DNA of 64,000 bases, from NCBI GenBank assembly GCA_050916045.1, contig CP051526.1, positions 736,001 through 800,000 on the forward strand, given 5' to 3'. Origin of the DNA: Tepidisphaera sp. Its GTDB lineage: Bacteria > Planctomycetota > Phycisphaerae > Phycisphaerales > UBA1924. Made by a program: the position numbers and the translations under genes. Below are positions 59,116 through 64,000 of this stretch, piece after piece (the stretch's first letter is position 1; each line of letters begins with the position of its first letter). The notes below the pieces were generated by a model. The model did no database searches. It was not told the DNA's origin and saw nothing but the letters and a program-made list of their open reading frames with translations.

Positions 59116-61986
59116 TTACGGCGTGGGCTTGACGATCACGGTCCACGTGCGATCCGGGGCGTAGTACTTGCTGAAGACGTCCTTGATGGTGGCGGCGGTC
59201 AGCGTCTCGTAGAAGGATTTCTCCGTCGCGATGTCGTCCAGGTTCTGGGCGCGGTAGGTGAGGCTTCGCGTACGGCCAAGCCAGTACCCTGGCTCCTTCA
59301 TTTGTTCGCCGAGGGTGTTGGCGATCTGCTTGCGGACGGTGAGGACCTCCTCCTCGCTCGGGCCGTTCTTGGCGAACTCGGCGTACATCTCGGAGATGAC
59401 CTCGGCGAGGCGGTCGGCTTTGGCGGGGTCGGTCGATGTTCCGCACATGAACATGCCGAATCCCGGGTAGGCAGAGGAGGGGTTGCTCGACATCCGCGGG
59501 CTGTACGCGAGGTTCTCACGCTCGCGAATCCGCTGGATCGCCCGCGTCGACAGGAGCTGAGCGGCCGCGGACATCACGCGTGCATCGGTCGTGTTGGTGA
59601 CGTCCACGCCATAGAAACCGACCACGACCTGCGCCTGCTTGGTCTCGGTCTCAACGGTCTCGCGGACGACGCGGGTACCCGTCGGACGCGCCAGCACACG
59701 CCGATCGGCGTGCGTCTTGGCGTCGATTGCCGGACGCGACGGAAGCGTCGCGATGTACTTGGCCACCAGCGCCGAAGCCGCTTCCTGCGAGAGGTCGCCG
59801 ACGATCGCGACTTCGATGGGGCTCTGCGCGATGAGCGTGTTCAGCCACTCCTGCGCCGCATCCCGCGTCACGGCGCTGACCTGCTCGGCCGTCAGCGGCA
59901 TGACCCGATCCTCGCCGGCGGGGAAGACCGTCGACGCGAGCGTCTTGAAGAGCACGCGGGCCGGGCTCTTCTTCGCCGACTCGATCGACTGAAGCTGGCC
60001 CGTCCGCCACTGTTCAAACGCCGCCTGCTCCAGCTTGGGCGCGGTCAGGAGCAGGTGGGCGAGCTGCATGCCGGTCTCGAGGTCGTCCGGCGTGCCGCTG
60101 ACGCTGAGGGCGATCGCGTCGGGCTGGGCGAACCCCGCGACGCTGACCTTCTTCCCGATCATGAGGTCGTTGATGTCCGTCGACGCGAGCGTCGTCGTCG
60201 CGGCCCGTTGCCACGCTTGCGTCGCCGCGTCCGTCACGCCGCGGTTCTTCGAGGTCTCAAGCAACTCGCCGCCCGCGAGCGTGATCGCGACCGCGACGGA
60301 GTTCTTTTTGTAGTCGTTGAACCGGTGGTGGACCTTCACGCCGTTGGGGAGGGTCCAGGTGGTGACCTGCGTCGCGACGTGAAGATCAGGCTTGCCGATC
60401 GGAGCGGGCGCGGGAATCGCCGCCATGAGGCTCTTGGCCCCTTCGGCGACGCTTTCCTCGCTCACCTTCTCGGCGAGCGCGGCTTTGCCGGCCGCCGCGA
60501 GCTGTTCGTCGGTGGGGATGGTCCCGCCGGAGGGAGCTTGCAAGCTGAAGGTCACGGCGGAGATGTCAAACCCCTTGTTGAAGGCCGCGTCAACCTGGGC
60601 TTTGGTGACCGTCGCGTCCAGAGCCCGCAGAATCTCGACGTCCTGCTGGGCGGAGGTCAGCGTCTCGCCGCTGGCGAACGCCGCGTCGAAGGATCCCAGG
60701 ATCTGCACGGCGCCGCGCGTCGCGTCCGTCTGGAGCGAGCTTTCGGCACGGGAGAGCACCTCGCGGCGGGCGTCGTCGATCTCGCGCTGCGAGAATCCGA
60801 AGGTCCGGGCCCGCTGAAGCTCGGCGGCGATGTCCTTAAGCATCGATTCCCACTTGTCGGGCGTGCCCGAGGCTTGCACCTGCGCGACCCGCATCGTGTT
60901 CGCGAAGGAGCCGGCCGACATCCCGCCGCGCAAGCCGGAGAACTCGCCGCGGGCGATCTTCCGCTCGATCCGCCGGTTGAACGCGATCGTGCCGAGCTGT
61001 TCGACAAGCTGCTCGCGGGCCCGGCCGTAGGTCGTGACCGGAGGAGTGGGGGGGTCCAGGCGCATGATCGCGACCGTCGCCTGCGTGAGTTCGGCGTCCG
61101 TGATGACCACGCCCCGCGTCTCGGTGATCGGTCTGACGCCCACGTCCTGATCGGCGGGCTGGGGCGTCTTGACGCCCTCGGAGAACTTGGCGCGGAGCGC
61201 CTCCACCATGACGTTGGTGGGCAGGTCGGCGACCATGAAGATCGCCATGTTCGAGGGCGCGTACCACTTGCCGTAGTAGTCCTGGAAGTCCTGACGCATC
61301 ACGCCGTTGATCGTCGCTTCCACGCCGATGGGGATGCGTTCGCCAAAGATCGAGCCCGGCGCCATCCGCTTCAGCCACGCTTCCTGCACGCGCTGCTGAG
61401 CCCCGATCCGCGTCCGCTTCTCTTCAAGGATGATCCCGCGTTCCTTGTCGATCTCCTCCTGCGGAAGCGTCAGCCGGAACGCGACGTCCGAGAGGAACGT
61501 CAGCGCTTTGTCGACCGTCTCAGTGTTGTTGTCGGGCATCTCAAGGCGGTAGTTCGTCCGATCAAACGAGGTCGAAGCGTTCTGGTGCCGTCCGAACGTC
61601 AGGCCCAGCCCCTGGAAGAAATCAATCACGCTTCCGGGCGGAAAGTTCGCCGAGCCGTTGAATGCCATGTGTTCGAGGAAGTGCGCGATGCCGCGCTGCT
61701 TCTCCGTCTCGTTCAGCGAGCCCGACGAAACGTGAAGCCACACCGCCGCACGACCCGGCGGCACCGCGTGCTGCATCACCACGTACCGCATGCCGTTGGC
61801 GAACTCGCCCGTCACCAGACGCGGGTCCGTCGGGAGCGGGTCCGAATCCTTGAACGCGGGCGTTGCGGGTTGGGCCAATGCGGTGGGCACCGGCGAGGCT
61901 AGCCCCGCCGCCGAAGCCAGCAGAAAGCCGAGGCAGAGCGTGGAGCCGCCGACCATGGTCGAAAGCAAACGAGTGGGACGATTCAT
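59116..61986 (-). CDS. M16 family zinc protease (PqqL-like)
   Basis: GSLNE...G.AHFLEHMAFNGS, NASTSFD.T.Y, ERGIILEE, two-half architecture. Confidence 0.92.
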   Translation of the reverse strand: MNRPTRLLSTMVGGSTLCLGFLLASAAGLASPVPTALAQPATPAFKDSDPLPTDPRLVTGEFANGMRYVVMQHAVPPGRAAVWLHVSSGSLNETEKQRGIAHFLEHMAFNGSANFPPGSVIDFFQGLGLTFGRHQNASTSFDRTNYRLEMPDNNTETVDKALTFLSDVAFRLTLPQEEIDKERGIILEEKRTRIGAQQRVQEAWLKRMAPGSIFGERIPIGVEATINGVMRQDFQDYYGKWYAPSNMAIFMVADLPTNVMVEALRAKFSEGVKTPQPADQDVGVRPITETRGVVITDAELTQATVAIMRLDPPTPPVTTYGRAREQLVEQLGTIAFNRRIERKIARGEFSGLRGGMSAGSFANTMRVAQVQASGTPDKWESMLKDIAAELQRARTFGFSQREIDDARREVLSRAESSLQTDATRGAVQILGSFDAAFASGETLTSAQQDVEILRALDATVTKAQVDAAFNKGFDISAVTFSLQAPSGGTIPTDEQLAAAGKAALAEKVSEESVAEGAKSLMAAIPAPAPIGKPDLHVATQVTTWTLPNGVKVHHRFNDYKKNSVAVAITLAGGELLETSKNRGVTDAATQAWQRAATTTLASTDINDLMIGKKVSVAGFAQPDAIALSVSGTPDDLETGMQLAHLLLTAPKLEQAAFEQWRTGQLQSIESAKKSPARVLFKTLASTVFPAGEDRVMPLTAEQVSAVTRDAAQEWLNTLIAQSPIEVAIVGDLSQEAASALVAKYIATLPSRPAIDAKTHADRRVLARPTGTRVVRETVETETKQAQVVVGFYGVDVTNTTDARVMSAAAQLLSTRAIQRIRERENLAYSPRMSSNPSSAYPGFGMFMCGTSTDPAKADRLAEVISEMYAEFAKNGPSEEEVLTVRKQIANTLGEQMKEPGYWLGRTRSLTYRAQNLDDIATEKSFYETLTAATIKDVFSKYYAPDRTWTVIVKPTP

Positions 61987-62074
61987 CGGAGAAGCCTTTC
62001 AGTTTCCGGCGGTCGCCGGAGTTATCAGATTGGACGCTCGGGAACGCTCGCGGTTCAACCCGCCGAACCGGAGC

Positions 62075-64000
62075 CTAATCCTCATTCTTGGAGCCCTTGG
62101 TCACGACTTCGTGCGGCAAGCCGAGAATGTCGCACAGACCCCGGCAGCTCTTCGGAGCTTTGGGGAATCGCCCCGCGAGCACACCGTCGATCATCGCGTC
62201 GATCTCGGCCCGAACTCCGTCCTGATCGAGCTTGGAAAGGTCGATCCCGCCTCGTTCGGCGGTGCTGAGAATCCAGTATTCAGCGACGCCCGGCGGCACG
62301 GCACCGCCGCCGTAAGCGTTTGCGAGCGCCATCGAGTAGATCCCCATCTGGAGATCGTCCTTCTTTGGTTCGGTGAGTTTCTTCGTGGGTTTGCCCGTTT
62401 TGTAGTCGACGATCCGGAACTTGCCGTCCGACGTCTGGTCCAGGCGATCGATCTTCGCGGTAACGATGTGGCGTGTGCCGCCGCGTTCATAGCCGAACTT
62501 GAATTCTCGTTCGACCTCCAGCACGTTGGCGGCCGCTGTCGATTCCCGGCTTTCAAGCGTCAAAGCGGCGTCGGCGAGCGCCATCAGTTGAAGCAGGTCG
62601 GCCGGCGGGACATCACGCAGCGGCCCGGCTTCGCGGCGGGCTTCCTCTTCGCAAAGCCGCGCAAGCTCGGCCCGGCCGGGCAGGAACCCTCCCTCGGCTT
62701 CGGCTTCCCGCCGCCGCTCGACGAAGCGCTGCAGCGCGCGATGCACCATGCCGCCGATGTTGAGGCGTTCATCGCGGCGCTCATCCACCCGCATCACGAA
62801 CCGCACGTACCAGCAGCGCGGACAGCATCGGTACTGGTCAACCGAGGAGAAGCTCAGATCCAGCGTCGGGCCCACCGGCTGGAACCGGAACTCGCCCGAA
62901 AGCGACGCCGATTTGCCCTTGGCAAGACTTTCGGCATCCTCACGCCACGCCGGCTCGGCCTGCGCCCAGTCCGGCGTCCGACCCAGACGCGCCGCCGCCG
63001 CGACCGCAAGCCGGCCGGCTGCGAGGCGAAGGTCCGCCGCGATCGCGTCGAGCGATTCGGTCGAAAGCGCCGGCGCATCCGCCGCTTCGAGCGCAAGCGT
63101 CGCCGCTTGCCGCGCCCTCGAACGGGCCCGCGCCAGAACCGCGCCAAAGTCCGCCGACTCGAACGCCGCGAGTGCCCCATCCTCCGCCGCGCCACGGAGC
63201 TTGAGCCCGCACCGGGCGGCCTGCTCGAAGACGTCCGCGCCCGTGCGCACAGTGACGAGCTTGCGCCCCTCCGGTTCGTGCGTGAACTCCTGGAAGTAGT
63301 GCGTGGACTTGCTCCGCGACTTGGTCGCTTTGGCAAGCAGCACCAGCCGCCGCTCAGCCCGCGTGCACGCGACATAGAAGAGCCGACGCTGTTCCGCGCG
63401 ATCCTCGTCGGCTTCGACCGCATCCGATCCGAGGATGGACGCCGGAACCTCCGGCCCGTCGTCCTTGGAGGACTTGCCGAACCCGCCCGTCGGCTGCACA
63501 CGCATCACAAAGACCGTGTCGAACTCAAGCCCCTTCGCGGAGTGCGCTGTCAGAAGCGTCACCGCGTCCGGCGGTGCCGACGGATCGTCCGCATCCGCCG
63601 ACGCATCCAGACGCTCATCCCCCGTCGGCTCAAGCTGCTTCTCGCGCTCGTCGAGGTCGTTGTAGTACGAGAGAAACGCCGCGAGGTCGCCCGGGGGCGA
63701 AAGCCGGCGCTGCCGCTCTCGAGCGAACCGCACCAGCGCGACCAGATCCGCGACGCGACGAGCCCGAGCGTGACCCCCCGCCTGCGCCGGAAGGTCCGCG
63801 TGCGCCGCGTCGATCCGCGTGATGATCTGGAAGATCGCTTCATCCGCCGAGACCGTCCCCGAAAGCTCGGCAAGTTCGCGGTGCCGCTCGAGAGCCCGCC
63901 CGAGACGCTCATCCGTGAGCCCCGCCACGATCATCTCTTCGCCCGCAATCGCCCGTTCCCGCTGATCGCCAAGCCACGCGAAGAACCCGGCCGCCTTGAG
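62075..64000 (-). CDS. UvrD/AddA-type helicase with C-terminal PD-(D/E)XK nuclease (5' end outside the window)
   Basis: LLTAHSAKGLEF, EQRRLFYVACTRA, LSFS...Y..CPR, KIDRLD, VDYKTG, Q..IY; frame open to position 64000. Confidence 0.9.
   Translation of the reverse strand, partial: LKAAGFFAWLGDQRERAIAGEEMIVAGLTDERLGRALERHRELAELSGTVSADEAIFQIITRIDAAHADLPAQAGGHARARRVADLVALVRFARERQRRLSPPGDLAAFLSYYNDLDEREKQLEPTGDERLDASADADDPSAPPDAVTLLTAHSAKGLEFDTVFVMRVQPTGGFGKSSKDDGPEVPASILGSDAVEADEDRAEQRRLFYVACTRAERRLVLLAKATKSRSKSTHYFQEFTHEPEGRKLVTVRTGADVFEQAARCGLKLRGAAEDGALAAFESADFGAVLARARSRARQAATLALEAADAPALSTESLDAIAADLRLAAGRLAVAAAARLGRTPDWAQAEPAWREDAESLAKGKSASLSGEFRFQPVGPTLDLSFSSVDQYRCCPRCWYVRFVMRVDERRDERLNIGGMVHRALQRFVERRREAEAEGGFLPGRAELARLCEEEARREAGPLRDVPPADLLQLMALADAALTLESRESTAAANVLEVEREFKFGYERGGTRHIVTAKIDRLDQTSDGKFRIVDYKTGKPTKKLTEPKKDDLQMGIYSMALANAYGGGAVPPGVAEYWILSTAERGGIDLSKLDQDGVRAEIDAMIDGVLAGRFPKAPKSCRGLCDILGLPHEVVTKGSKNED

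Noticed and set aside
62075..64000. Cas4 or defence nuclease
   Set aside because: The PD-(D/E)XK domain is fused to UvrD helicase motifs as in AddA/AdnAB-type repair enzymes, and there is no CRISPR or defence context.

Overview
High-GC bacterial chromosomal DNA, most likely a Phycisphaerales planctomycete. This is inferred from six secreted proteins ending in a double-EF-hand dockerin-like '...DFFDYD.FV..(F/Y)E.GC*' domain, three PEP-CTERM-like proteins, and short tandem and REP-like repeats. The window is mostly housekeeping genes: lipB, lpxA, a sugar ABC transporter, glmM-like, PTPS-family, ppk1, terC, folE2, a sigma-70 factor, sodA, ftsK, truA, holA, purM, transaldolase, purQ, serA, an M16 protease and a UvrD/AddA-type helicase-nuclease. 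The standout is a compact ~5.2 kb, apparently intact virion-structural operon at 26.9-32.1 kb (SPP1-like portal, scaffold, DUF5309/SU10-type major capsid, head-tail adaptor and two tail-like small proteins), transcribed in the same direction as and just upstream of ftsK. It has no terminase, integrase, replication or lysis genes, so it is a candidate domesticated phage-head or gene-transfer-agent-like system. Other points of interest: a tandem array of dockerin-anchored exoenzymes, a PTPS-III-motif gene co-oriented with folE2, a REP-like motif flanking folE2 and also lying in-frame inside purM, a switch-like nested palindrome upstream of a PEP-CTERM gene, a doubly frameshifted PEP-CTERM gene, and a repeat-motif peptide gene coupled to a desaturase/hydroxylase. 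No rRNA, tRNA, CRISPR array or transposase was seen. All family assignments come from motif recognition by eye; no database search was run.
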